Origin: Intoshia linei
Taxonomy: Eukaryota; Animalia; Orthonectida
Assembly: GCA_001642005.1 (NCBI GenBank)
Contig: LWCA01000048.1
Span: 1 to 64,000, forward strand
DNA length: 64,000 nt
Reading direction: 5' to 3'
The position numbers were made by a program, and so were the translations under genes. Positions 12,401 through 26,028 of this stretch are shown in pieces. Positions within the stretch are counted from its first letter, which is position 1. Each line of letters opens with the position of its first letter. The notes under the pieces were generated by a model. The model was not told the DNA's origin, did not search any database, and was given only the letters and a program-made list of their open reading frames with translations.

Positions 12401-14089
12401 CTGGGGCGCTAACGCCTAGGTTGAGAACCACTGGTTTAATGAATAGACTTTGTAGCGTCTAATATAATTTTTTTACTTCCAAAAATGACCATTGCTATAA
12501 ACGGTGCGACCCATGATGTAGATAATTATATGATTATTTTTGATATTAAATGTTAATATAATATTATGGAAATGTTTTTTTAACATTCAAGTCAATAAAA
12601 TTAACAGGTCAGGTATATACTTTAGATAAAAATGACCCTAGTGATTATATACATTTTGATGTATTGATTTTAGAAGATAAATTGGTTTTTAATTTCGAAA
12701 CACGCTTTTACTCATTACACCCTGATTTGCTAAAAAAGGACATTACAAGATATTATCTGTGTCAACAAGTAAGAAGAGATATTCTATTATCAAAGTAATA
12801 TAATTACAATACCCTTTCAATAATATTTTAGATTTAAATGTTCTTTTGATATTCATGTTTTACTGGGAGCTTTAACTGTACAGGCCGATATTGGAGAATT
12901 TGATGTAGAAAAGCATTATAACACTGATTATATGAAAAACGACTATTTGTTCTGTCCAAATCAGACAAATAAATTATTGGAAAATATACGAAAATTACAC
13001 GAAAAAATTAGTCATTTATCTCCCGCTGAAGCTGATTTGCAATATTTACAAAATGCCAGTAAACTACCTAGATATGGAGAATTTAGTTATTCTTCAAAAT
13101 CTAAAAACGGCCAAATTTTATCTATTGGGATATCTGCTGTGGGTATCTGTATTTATATCAATTCTCTACGAATACAAAGATATATATGGGCGAGAATACT
13201 CATCATATCGTTTAGCAAAAATGTATTGTATATAAAATTAAGATCTATCAAGGGTGAATCTGTCAAGACAGATTCATACAAATTCAAAAATAGAGAGTCA
13301 ACAAAACTGATTTGGAAAATAGCTGCAGATCACCACACATTTTTCCGGTTGGGTTACGGAGATAAAGATTCGAAATTTAGAACATTTGGACTTTTCAAGA
13401 GTAGACATCGATTTTCAGGTCGAACGTATGATAAATGCATGTCAATGTCCTATATGCACCAAAAAGATACTCCTAATTTTAAAAGAACACCGTCAACTAA
13501 ATTCAAAGAAAAATACAATACAGATAGATCAGAAATGTACACGACTAGAAACGATTCTGTCGTTTTGGATGAATATGTTGCTCCAGTAGCTTACAATGAG
13601 GATATAACATTAACTGATTCAATGAACAGTTTATTTCGCATAGCTTTTTTATATTATTTTTAGAAGAAATTTTGGATGACCAAATTAATGTAACCAACGA
13701 CAAAACAGATTCAAATGATGCACATAAAACTGGAGATTGGGATTCAACCGCGGAAATTTCAAGAAATGGAAAAAATTTGAAAGTAAATCAATTGTATGTA
13801 ACAGATTCGAGGGCTTTAGATGCTCTTAAAGTAATTTTTTTATAATCAGATTTTTAATTTTATTAGCACCAAAACCTTTCAAATGATAAATATGAAGACC
13901 ACATAGTATCTAAAGTTCGTGATGACGACGAAATTGATTATGATTTGGTATGCAATGTATGATTTATTTTAAAATGTATTTTAGGCACTTTGTGAGGCCA
14001 TAAAATCTGTTACAAATATGGATACTAATTACTCTATCGACAAAATTATATTAAAGCCTGAATCCAAAACAAACGACACACTTGTTTAA
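9425..14089 (+). CDS. EPB41: Protein 4.1/coracle family FERM protein
   Basis: Exons 9425-9556, 9760-9873, 11078-11120, 12674-12794, 12832 onward give FERM N/M/C and FA (HHTFFRL, RHRFSGRT). The last exons give the 4.1 C-terminal domain DDEIDYDLALCEAIKSVT. Confidence 0.92.
9940..10324. mobile_element. hAT-type MITE in EPB41 intron
   Basis: TIR CAGAGCCGTTTTAAG / CTTAAGACGGCTCTG; 8-bp TSD ATTTTCAG/ATTTTGAG; an inverted partial copy lies at about 18250-18363. Confidence 0.8.
11916..12433. mobile_element. hAT-type MITE in EPB41 intron
   Basis: TIR CAGGGGTTCTCAACCT / AGGTTGAGAACCACTG; 8-bp TSD TTTTAATG/GTTTAATG. Confidence 0.85.
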
Positions 14090-17000
14090 ATTTTAGTTAT
14101 TTATTTTAATTAAATATTCAATTAAAAAATTTTAGAAAATATCACCGTTTATGTGTCGCTTATTATTTACCTTTGAAATACAATTCTTTCAGTGCATTTA
14201 TTTTGATGGGCGAAATTTTATATCATTTAATTTGAATATTGATTCAAGTTATATTATAATCGACATCTGTTTGTACATTTCCTTTACCCGTGGTTATCAA
14301 GTTGGTATAGTTATCAACCTAAAAAATTAAAAATCCCTTCGGTTTATCAGTTAGGAAAGCATGTTAATAGTTAGTCAAAATCAGAAAAATAAAATTATGC
14401 GTTCACCATAAATGAGTTTTAACAACCGGAAGAAAAAATGGGTATATTTTAATCTATATAAATTGAATATCCAAGTGTATTATATTTTTTCAATTTAATC
14501 AAACATTTGTAATATTTTTGCTTTATAAAAAATGTAAATATAATGCAAAATTCTTATTTATCCCAAGATTTAACAAATAGTACATAATCAATATCATTGT
14601 AATTAACTACATTGTATTTGTCATTATTTAAATATTTTCTAATTTCAGGTCAGTAAACTACGATTCTAACACTGAAATGTATTTGAGAAATCATTTTTGT
14701 TTACTGATCATATCGCAAAAATCTCTACATGTAGTTACTCTTGACTCTTTAAAATATTTTTCATTTTTTCAACACTATTAACTGCTAATTAATTAATTAA
14801 ATTCCAGTTAATATATGAAAATGACATACTGTGGTAATGGCTAGATTCTAAAACAATAATTACAATATTCTGAAGCCATACAGTTTATATAACGTTTTTG
14901 TGTGTTCTGTAATAGATAGTATCAAAATAGTATATTATAGTTAACATCACCAAAACTTAAAAAAATGGATTATGTCAGAAATAAAGGGTAAATCCATACC
15001 AATCAAACTATAACTCATTTCTTCGTACTGTTAATTATTTATATTAGGTATATTACTTAATTTATATAAGGTTAACATTGATTTTTTACTTTGATCGGGT
15101 TTAGTAACAGTATTGCATAAAGAATAAAAAATCTTTGACCATATTCTACTTAAGTATAGGTGTAATTTCGATTTCGTTTCCATAAAAATATAGAAAATCT
15201 ATATTTAGTACACAAAGCGGACATTTGGAACGCAGACATTAGTGATTCCGCTATTTTTATGGTGATTTCAGTGGCATAATTGTATTCAATTGGTATAAAC
15301 TAAATTTGAAATGAAAATTATCATTGAAAATTTAATCCACTGTATTCACACACGTGATTTCAAAAATGAAATTAATTATTAAAAATATATACTTACCAAC
15401 ACTATTCAACCGTTTTAATTTCATTTTTTTTAACGTTTAACTTTTAATTTTTAATTTTAGGTTTGGTTAAAACCGAAACTACTTTTGTAAATGTGTACGG
15501 GACTGAAGACCAGAGTTATAATTGAAAATTTTTTAATTTTTATTAGTACTCCAACATTGAATACTGTATTCGAGTCCAAAAAATTAAATTAAAAAATTAT
15601 TTTCCAACTTCAATTTGTGTCCGTTTTTCTAGTTTACAAGAAGTTTCTGTTAAAAAGTAAAATTTTCTTCACATTTGAATTTTTTGAACCCAATTCGTTT
15701 ATGATTAATGTAGGAGTCAAAAAAATATTATATATCTTATGTTCTTTGATCAATTGTATCACGGGTTAATAAACAAGCGTTGGAGGACCATATTTTGCCC
15801 ATATGTGGCCTACGATGACCCTGTTATGAATATATTATGTAAAATTTCATGTAAATTGTACTATATTCGACTATACATCTGCATTTTATAGTAATGATAA
15901 AAGAAAAGCAACATTTCACTATAAATCACTGCATTTTTTATTTTAGGGGTTCTCAACGTAGGGCGAATCAGCCCCAAGGGGGCGATTTTTCTATTTTATT
16001 CAACCGAAATACATAATCTAATAAAAAATTTTTAAGGTCAAAAATTATTTTTCGCGTTTGATTAAAATGTTAAATTCCAGTCTTTAAATTTCATAGCTAA
16101 AATAACACACAAAAGTATCACAATTTCACAATCACCAAGAGCCGAACCTACCCAGCTAGAGGCCACCAAAAATTAAAATGGATTTGAAATTTCATTTTTT
16201 CTGGGATGTATGTTTTTTATGACAATTTTTTACGTTTTTAACTATAATTTGATTGTTTTTAAGAACATACACTCATTGTCTTTAATATATTGAAAAATCG
16301 ATCTAAAAATTAAAAAATCCTCCTCGGCTGACCTAGCAGCTGTTTGTACGAAGTACATAATCTTCAAGCTAGTTATATATTCTATATAATTTATACAGTA
16401 TTATTGTTTTTACGTTCATATTGAGTATTCAATCTATATCTTAAATTTATAGTCGTAATTGAAAATAGATATTAAATTAGATGGCATTAATTAGAAATAA
16501 TTACGATCAATGCGGAAATCTAATTTTCCTCATTATTTTTATAAATAATTATAGTATCCTTTTTTTCATCAACCTCAAAAAAATGATGTGGACGCCTGGG
16601 TCCACATGGACTCCGTTGATAATGGTTGATCTAGATTCTAGACCAGGGGTGTTCAACCTTTCCACCAATTCAGCCGCAAAGTTACTTTACTCATTTCTAC
16701 TATGGCCGCATACAATTTAGTTTGACATTGAGATAGTTTACATCCATTTTGAGAAAATAGGCAAACTCAAAAATGTAACATTTTGATAAAAATATTTTAA
16801 ATTGCCCTTGAATAAAATCTAATTTAAACTTTATCAATTTGACATAAAATGGTACATTTCATTGCACAATAAAGCAACCGTAAATCTAAATTAAGTCATT
16901 TTAAAAAGTTTCCCATAATGTTTAGTTTTATTAAGTTATAAAGATTCGAAATATTTCGCGTTTTAACAATCTCACATTTTAACATGATTTAACTACACAC

Positions 17001-18987
17001 ATAAATAATAAAGTAAAGTTTGTATAGTATGAAAAACTTGAATCGGCCAAAATAGGTCGATTCTTCCATTATTGCGATCCAATGCTCAGGACAGATCAGT
17101 ATTCTTATTACCAACTTTAAATCTTTACTTTGGACTATACTAATATAACTAATATACGTATACTAACTATATAATATTTACATCTAAATTTAAAAAGCAT
17201 TAATAATATCTAAAATATAATAAAATCCATGTAAAAAAGGTATATTAAACACTTTTTGAAAATCGAAAAGTTAAGTCCATAAGTTGTAGAACAAAATGTA
17301 TGAAATTGACCTGTATATTTAAACTCGGAGATTGTGTACAATTGAAAAATGACGAAATTTTTGTAAAACGAGAGGTGGTTGGTGGTGTGTTGGCACTTTG
17401 CATTTCCGATAATTTTTAGAGCTATTTTATTTTTAGGGACCCTTGATCACAGTATGTTTTGCTCTATCCAAGGCAGTAGAGAGGCTAAAGTGGCTATATG
17501 GCGGGTCTACTATTTTATATTAATGGGTGATGTTAAAAAAAATTCCTTATAGTGGGTGAATTTTTTTTGCTTCATCCAGGCAAAACCATTTAAGACTGAA
17601 AAAAAGTTTGGCAATCGCCAGATTAAGAAATAAATAGGCAAACCTAATATTTTTAATGTGTACGAAATGTGTGTGTCAATTAAATTTATTTAAAATTTAA
17701 AAATGCTACTATTCACTATTATCAATCCATAAAAAGAGTGGTTCCAAAACTTGTTTTCCGTGGAACCGTCATATCACATTACCTTTAAATTTAAAGTAAA
17801 TTGTTCCATCTTAATTTGGTTTTGTATACATTTGTGTAAAAAATTTTAAAAACAATTTTGTCTTTTTTTGTTGATTGGGTTGAGTAAACAATATCAATTT
17901 GTGGTAAATAATTAACTGAATCAGCACTTTAAAACATATTACCGGTGAATGTTACCAAAATTGTAATAAATATAAAAATGATAGTAACAAAGTTATATTT
18001 TGCAGTACTTTGTTGTTTTAGTTTTAGACTAAAATTTAGTATAAACGGTGAAAGGTTTTAATGTTAAATATTATCATTTGAAACAGTTTTTATGTCAATA
18101 TATGATGAACATTGTGAAATATATTTTAAATTGAATAATTACCAGAACTTTGATTCTTTAAACTATTTTTTTTCTAGCTATTTGAATTCCCACACTTCAA
18201 AACTTATAAACTGATTCTTAAGATATAAATGTGAAGTATTTTTCAATAAATTGGGGCCTCTTTTTAAAATATAAATGTAAAGTATTTTTATTAATTTGGG
18301 GAGCTTTTTTAATGAGTAGCCCTGGGCTACAGCCCATATTGCATATGCCTTAAAACGGCTATGTATACGATACTAAAACTTTTTTAGTTTTATCTTATTG
18401 ATTATTTTTAAAAAAAAGCTAATATGTGGTTTTGAACATGAAGATATAAGATTTTGAAATTGAAAATTATAATAATATTGATGAATTTAAAATCTTTATC
18501 AGATTGTGTATTTTTTATAATTCTAGGGCAGGTTTGAATTTTAAAAAAAGTAGAATTGGGGTTTTTGGCCTTAAAGAACCCAATTTCTGAAATTGAAATT
18601 AACGATACCACAACACTCTCAATATTCTGTTATAGAAATATGGAATTTTGTAAACTCGATTCCTCTTACTTTCTTAAATAATCTCGAATAAAAAGACAAA
18701 CAGAAAAATAAAAAACAGACATACATTTTTAACTATTTTAGTTTATAGGTTTTTAAGTAAGGATTTATGAAAATACAAATTTATAATAATGTTCACGATT
18801 TTAAAATCTGTATCAGAGTGTTTATTTTTTAACATTATACGAATCATTTGATTTATAAATTTGATTTGATTTAGGGTTTTTGACCCTAAAAAACTCAATT
18901 TATGAAAATGACATGTGCGATCAAATGTATAATTTTTGACTATTACTATAATTTCCAATATTTTTAGCTAAATTATTTTATATAAGT

Positions 18988-19315
18988 CAAGGGCGGATCT
19001 AAGAGGTTAGTTAATGGGGTGCGAGCGAAGCGAGCAATATATTTAACTTAGTCTAATGCAAATATTTTTTTAGGGCGTCTCTTCTAATATTAAAGCGTCT
19101 AATTTGATTTTAAAGCGTCTCTTTTAATTTCATTTAAAGGTTGTTATACAATAGTTTCCAAATTTGTATTTTTGCGCAAAAATAAAAAAAATATAATGTT
19201 ATGCGCCATCTATATCGTGTTAATAAATTAAAACCTTTTTCATTTATTTTACAAAACATTAATTAAAAATTTAGGGGTGCAACTGCCCCTTCTACACCCC
19301 TTGAATTCGCCACTG
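18988..19315. mobile_element. MITE with GC-rich TIRs and an apparent 4-bp TSD
   Basis: CAAGGGCGGATCTAAG versus reverse-complemented CAGTGGCGAATTCAAG; AAGT on both flanks. Confidence 0.6.
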
Positions 19316-20957
19316 AAGTAAGGGCAATCATATACAACAGCGTTTTCCAAATACCGGTCCCTTGAACAATACTGGTCCGTGAAATGATTATAAAAAAAAT
19401 TTACTAATACTTTTTATCATTACTAGTAACGTTCATATTAATAGTCACTTAATAATTAATTAATTTAATTACGTTTTGTATAAATTTTTTTGATTGTTGC
19501 CTAGTAATTTTAATTCAATGGTCCGCGATAAATTTTATATGTTATTACCAGTGTGCCTAAAAAAATTGTGGGAACTCCTGAATCAATTGTTGTATTCGTT
19601 GGTTACTTTGCTTATTGATACCAATAAAAAATAACCCTAAGAGTAGTATATAGACCGCTGAGGCCAACACTGGACCGAGTCAGATGTTAATTGTAAAATC
19701 GTATATGCTCTTATATGTAATATATATTATAAACATTAAAAAAAATTTGTTCCACTATCGATTGTGTAATTAATAATTTTTAAGAATTTTTTTTTTAAAA
19801 ACTTTTTTTTCATAGTTACGCTGCTGGGTAAAAAAATTTAGCCACCACACGAAATTTGTTTTCAACTTGACCTATTAATTGAGAATATTATGCTACGTCA
19901 TATTTTTGCCTTGTTGTCCTAGTCCCTCTCCACACATTTGGTAATCCATTCCAATATTAGTGAAAAATTTTTTATTATTCCAATTAATGATACAATTTAC
20001 ACTTGTTTTCTGAAAAAGATTTAATGGGTTTATCTTGATTTTTCGAAAAACTTAAAAATTAACATGGACAAGTATATTTACATTATACTTGCATTACCCT
20101 CGAGTATAATATTTCGAGTCTCCTGTTTTACATTGTTAACGTGTCGTTAATTTTTTATGATAAAAAACTGATACAGTACATGTGTCGTGAATACAATGAA
20201 ATAAAAAGACTATATATGCCAAAAACAAGAAAGAATAGAAACAGATGCCATACTAGGCATTATTGTTTTAAGATTGCTTTACATGTAAATGTAAATATTT
20301 GAAAAATATATCGGCATTATGATTATCCGATGATCGACTTAATTATATCAGAAATACTTTATAACTTGTAATAAATTAGTCAAAATAATACGATTTAATG
20401 TCATATTATTGAAATAAACCATCTCAATCACATGTTTGATTGATATAAACTTTCAAGTGATTCGATAACATTGTAATTTTGTATCAAATAAATAATAGCC
20501 ACACCCATAATTTATTCGACATTCTGGCGCCATTAAAGAACAGTTCATTTAGTTAAAATTTCTAAATACATCGTTTCCTTCAATTGTGAAAATAGGTAAT
20601 TATATACATGGGTTTCATCGGATATATGCGATATATGATTTTGACTAGTAGACTTGTTGAGTTTGGAAAAATTGTCTAAACCAGAAAAACTAGATACATT
20701 TCAATTTTACATCATGATTTTCACTGCGTATTAAAAATTAATGGCGTTTAACCATGCTGAAGAGCATTTAAAGCAGTTAAGTGTGTTTAAAATTATTAAA
20801 AGTGTTTTTAAAGTGTTTCAAAACTCTTTGAATTAACATGTAAGCGTTTAGAAATTTACATGTATTCATTCATTTGAATTTCATTTACATAAATTTATTA
20901 TAATTTTAGAACGATACATTAAATTGAAAATAAATAGTGACGTTATAATATAAATTG

Positions 20958-23900
20958 ATGCACAAGCTGCTATTTGTAACATTTTGCGTGCTTTTATGTA
21001 CTGCATTTACAACCTTTTTAAAACCTATGAAACCTGAAAATCGTTATATACCAAAATTTACCAAAGCAGCTAAAAAATCGGAAATATTATCAAATATTAT
21101 CCAGCAATATAAAAACAAACAAAAAGACAAACTAATTCCATTTACTCAAGTGGACATTCGATACAAGGTAAAAGATAAGTTTTTTTAATGAATCCTTATT
21201 TAATTTCTAGATTGTTCCTTTGACCGCCATGTTACGAATCAATTACATTACAAATGACCGCGGAACCACCATAAATAACAAATGTTGTACAAGCGGACAA
21301 ACACCTTCCACCGGCATTGGTTGTTTAAACCGTTGTTCCACTTATTTTAAAATTTGTTTTACACCATTAACTCTAGCTGTATACACTAAATTGCGAAAAA
21401 ACATTGTAAATCAAAAAATTTCAAATGCAAGTAAACCTCTAAACTTTGATTATAAAGCAAAATGTACCTCCATGTCTACAAAAATATTTCTCAATCAAAA
21501 TTCATTTGCAATTAATGATTCGTCCCAAAACTCTTTTAATTTTGGAATCAATTCAGTAATTTAATCTTTTTATTAAATTAACGTGTTATTAGAAGGATTA
21601 TTACGTTTCTGTTGAAGCTTGGCATGCATCAGGTATTTTAAGACCTTTATAGTGTCTATATTTTTTTCATAGATAAAAACCACCCTGACAGTATTATAAT
21701 TAAACACGGTGCAATTCAAACCATCAACTTCAATAGTGCCGAAAATGCGTACACCTATTATCAAAAATACAACCAAAAATTTTTAAAATACAAAATTACC
21801 ATTAAATGTCCTCTAAATTATATAATGTTGAACAATTTCAATTGCGTCAAAACATGTAATTACCAAAAATATGCAAAATTCAACGAGACGCATTATAAAA
21901 AAAGCAAAAAATGGCAAACTAATCACGAAGAATGCAACAAATCTGGACTCGTTGTATGTAGAAAAGGCTGGGGTGGAAATGCTTGCAACAAGGGTAATAT
22001 TTTCAAATTTTTAATAAATATCGATAGCACGTGTAAATCAATATTTATCTTTTAAGTTTAACTTTTATTGCAGTAATAATCCAGTTATACAACATACACA
22101 TTTGGCATTTGTTTCATGTTAACTTCCGACATTTAGTTTTATAGTCTATTAAACTACTAAATGTCTACAGATATAATGAATTAAATCCTTAAATTACTCT
22201 TTAAATCGCATTTTCATTAATTGCTCGTGTTGGTATTTGTTCAATTGGCAAAAGTTGAATTATTCTTTTGATTTTTTAACGGTACCTTAAACACGCGAAT
22301 TAAAACCATCTGCACGCGTACACTTGTCAAAATGATTAATATAATCCTTTGACTTAACTAATTTATCAATAAATATTTATCAAATATACAACTGATTCCA
22401 TCAAATATGATTTACATTATTTTGTGTCATTCTCAATTTTATATAATTTTTAGCAATTTGTCCAAATAAATGCAATCAAGGCTATTGTGTCAAACCAAAT
22501 ATCTGCAGGTTATTATGCATTTTTCAGTTATACAATTATTGTAGATGTAACAAAGGCTGGAAGGGAAGCAATTGTGATGTAGCAATCAAATTACCTGGAT
22601 GTCTTCATGCTAAACCCAATAATTTATTTGGTTGTGTGTGTCTCAAGGGTTGGACTGGAATGTTGTGTGATCAAGGTAATAAAAAAATCAAATAAATTTC
22701 AATATACAGTCTAACTCGTCAATAATTAATACCGTAAATAATGAATTTCGATGATAATGAACGAGTTTTAGTCAAAATTCATCCCTTCTATAGTAATTTT
22801 CTTATACATTCTTTACTTATCGTGATGTTTAAATAATGAATCTGAAAAAAATAAAAATATTTATTTATTATATTAATTTATTGACTAAATGGAATGTTAA
22901 CAGTTTCGAAATATGTCACGTAATTACTTTTTATTAGTCTATAACAGTGTTTCTCAATCTTTTTTTCGCTGTGGACAATATTTTGTTTAAAAAAAATCTG
23001 TGAACCTCCATAAATGAACATTTTTCATATGCCCAGTTGGCGGATAACATTTCATGTTAACGAATATATGAATTTATTAGCATTCTTAAGTAAACTTTTA
23101 AACCTTTATAAAATAATTTTGTTAATTATGGACTACGGTGTGAATCACTGGTCTATCGGATTTAATAGATATGCACGTTTTTTAAAACATTGACTTTCTT
23201 ACACATCTACAATTTTTGGTTCATAAATTGTATACAGTTTTTAAAAAGGTATCCCTTTAATTCGAAATGTTGATTAAATCCCCGAAATAATTAATGAATG
23301 TGTCTATCGCATGAAGTTTGCCGTTAATTATTGACGAATTAGACTTGATTACGTATATTATGATGAAATAAACTTCATTGTTCAGATATTTCTTAAAATG
23401 TTCATTAAATGACCAAATTGTTTAATAATGAATGTGCCAAAAATCTGACATTTAACGTTCATTATTGACGAGTCTGACTGTAAATCCTTACTTATATAAT
23501 ATGATTTGTTTGTCTATTGGTGTGTGTTATCGTTTATTTAAATAACTACCGTTCTTATAATTTTATAAAGTTCACATTTCAGTACAGTTTTTTCCGGGAG
23601 TGTTAGCAAAATAAATTTCAACCTCCCAACCTCACATCTTACAGGTCAAAAGCCCAATTGTCCTTTTTTTTGAAAATCAAACAAGTTCGAGAATTTAAAA
23701 AAATGTATACTCTGAAACGGATTTTAAAATCATATCTTTATATATCAAAAGCATATATCTTAACTTTAAACTTAGGTCAAAACCCCATTACCCTTTTTTT
23801 ATGAAAACAGCCCTAAAATTTAAAAAAATTTACGGATGGTACAGTTGTATCATGTTAAAACACACAAAAAATTTCAATCTGATAAAGTGCCGCCTTAACG

Positions 23901-25942
23901 GTCAAAAAAGCACTTTAGTGTTAATGTGTATTATATCGAAATTATTTTATTAACATTTTTATGTAAAACAAAAAAATTGAAATAAATAAAAGTCCAACAA
24001 TTAAAAAATAAGATTATTCTGATCAGCTTATTCCTTTTGATATAAATAAAAAATTTCAGCCTCAGAAATCTACGTATTCCCGGTGAAAAATAATTTTTTG
24101 AAAATCTTTTTTGCAGGAACTCGCGCATATGCTCTGCTCTCAATAGTGAATTTATTACGTTTTTTGTCAAAATTTTTTTTAATATAATTTAGTAAATTCG
24201 CTTTAATGGTCTGCAATAAATTTTAATTTTCAAACATAACATAAAATTATTTTTGCGTATAATTTTTTATTTCATAAAATAAAATTTACAATTACGATTG
24301 TACAATGTACATATTTTCCTTTTAGTCTAAATTTTTACAACACACTTAAAATAACCCCTTGTGTGGACCCTTCAATTTTTATAGGCCCTACCGCAAAAAT
24401 CAATGTCACTAATTTGTATTTTTATACTTCAATATTGAGTCATTTCTAAAAATTAACTATAAATTCATATATACATATCGTATATGCACTATTTATAAAA
24501 AAATTAATAATATTATTAATTTTTTTTAATATAATGATCCACATCACATGAACGACGTTTAATTAATAATGAATTAATAAGGTTCCAAAATTTAAAATTT
24601 TGACCCTTGAGAATATTATAAAATTAAATCAAAACTCAGTATGAAATAATATAAAATTGAATATAATATAATTTTTAATTTCCCCTTATATGGCCCATCT
24701 TCATATATCAAATCTATTTCATGGAATTTGAATTCATTGGAATGTGATAATTTATCTTAAAAGTTTGTCTAATTAATCAATATAATTTAGTCCTTGATTA
24801 CTGTTCAATCTATAAACCTTGTCAAAATATGGGAATCTGTGTTAGCAATATACATTTCATGTACGAATGCATTTGTAAGCCCGGTTGGTCCGGATCAAAC
24901 TGTGAAATCAAACTTTTTCAATGCGATATTGATAAATGTAGACGTAATGGAGGAAACTGCATTCAGAGCCTCAATGAATGCAAATGCCCTTTAGGGAAAT
25001 CAGGAACATATTGTGAGAACCCAGTCTCTGCAGGTTGTTCTGATAACGTATGCAATCATGGAAATTGTATAATGAAGAAATCTAAAATATTTTGCAATTG
25101 TGATATTGGATATTACGGAAGTAACTGTCATTTAACAATTAACAATTGTATTTCCAAACCTTGCTTCAATGGTAATAAAATATTTATTCACATTATATTT
25201 TTATTTAGGAGGTAAATGTATCAATAAAGTGGGAAGTTACAAATGTACCTGTCCTTATGGTTATCATGGATCAAGGTGTATCGAAAATGTGAATATATGC
25301 AAAGAACGTAAACCTTGTATAAACAATGGAGTTTGTGTATCAGACAATCCTATTGGAGGCTACAAATGTTTATGTCTGGATGGATTTGGAGGAGTTATTT
25401 GTCAAAATGTAATATCGAATCATTTAAAAAAACTTGTAAAATATAAAAAACTTTGCGACTGTAACCCAATAGGAGGAACTTGTGTATATTTGGGCAGTAA
25501 CACTTATTGTAAATGTAACCAATATTACTATGGACCCAAATGTGAAATACCCAAACAGTGCAATACTTCTGGATGTAAGAATGACGGTAAATGCATACTT
25601 TCTCAAAATCAAAACGTATTATGGACATGCATGTGCCAAGAACCTTATCGTGGATATTTTTGTCAATTTAAATATCAGAAAGAACTTATTTATTCACCAA
25701 TACAAATTGAAAGCAATATAATATATACTTTGATAATTACCATTTGCATCATTTCAATACTATTAATAACAATCGTCTTCATCATAGTCTACGCTAGAAA
25801 ACGCAAAAAACCTGACAAGAGTATTAAAAATATACATGAATCTACCCTCATTGATAATGATACCACAAATGACAATGAAAATCCACCATCATACAATTCA
25901 CTCTTATCAAACTGTAACCTATCTTTAACTGCAAAATATTGA
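20958..25942 (+). CDS. Delta: Delta-type Notch ligand
   Basis: Signal peptide, MNNL/C2 domain (KCC..C...CSTYFKICF, VEAWH), DSL (..CNKSGLVVCRKGWGGNAC), nine EGF repeats, TM helix, short tail. No Serrate/Jagged Cys-rich domain. Confidence 0.9.
22707..23480. mobile_element. Tc1/pogo-type non-autonomous element containing a hAT MITE (22945-23150)
   Basis: TA flanks; TIR CAGTCTAACTCGTCAATAAT / CAGTCAGACTCGTCAATAAT; inner element TSD GTCTATAA/GTCTATCG. Confidence 0.8.
23485..24100 (+). mobile_element. Helitron family copy, 3' truncated, in Delta intron
   Basis: A|TCCTTACTTATATAATATG start and shared body. Confidence 0.75.
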
Positions 25943-26028
25943 CATTTTTGTGTATATTATTTTCCTCGTCGACCCAAGAAAATATAAATTAGTGTTGTAC
26001 GTTTAATGTATAATACATCATTTCACAT

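Noticed and set aside
20958-25942. Serrate/Jagged or Notch receptor
   Set aside because: Only nine EGF repeats and no vWC-like, LNR or ankyrin domains.
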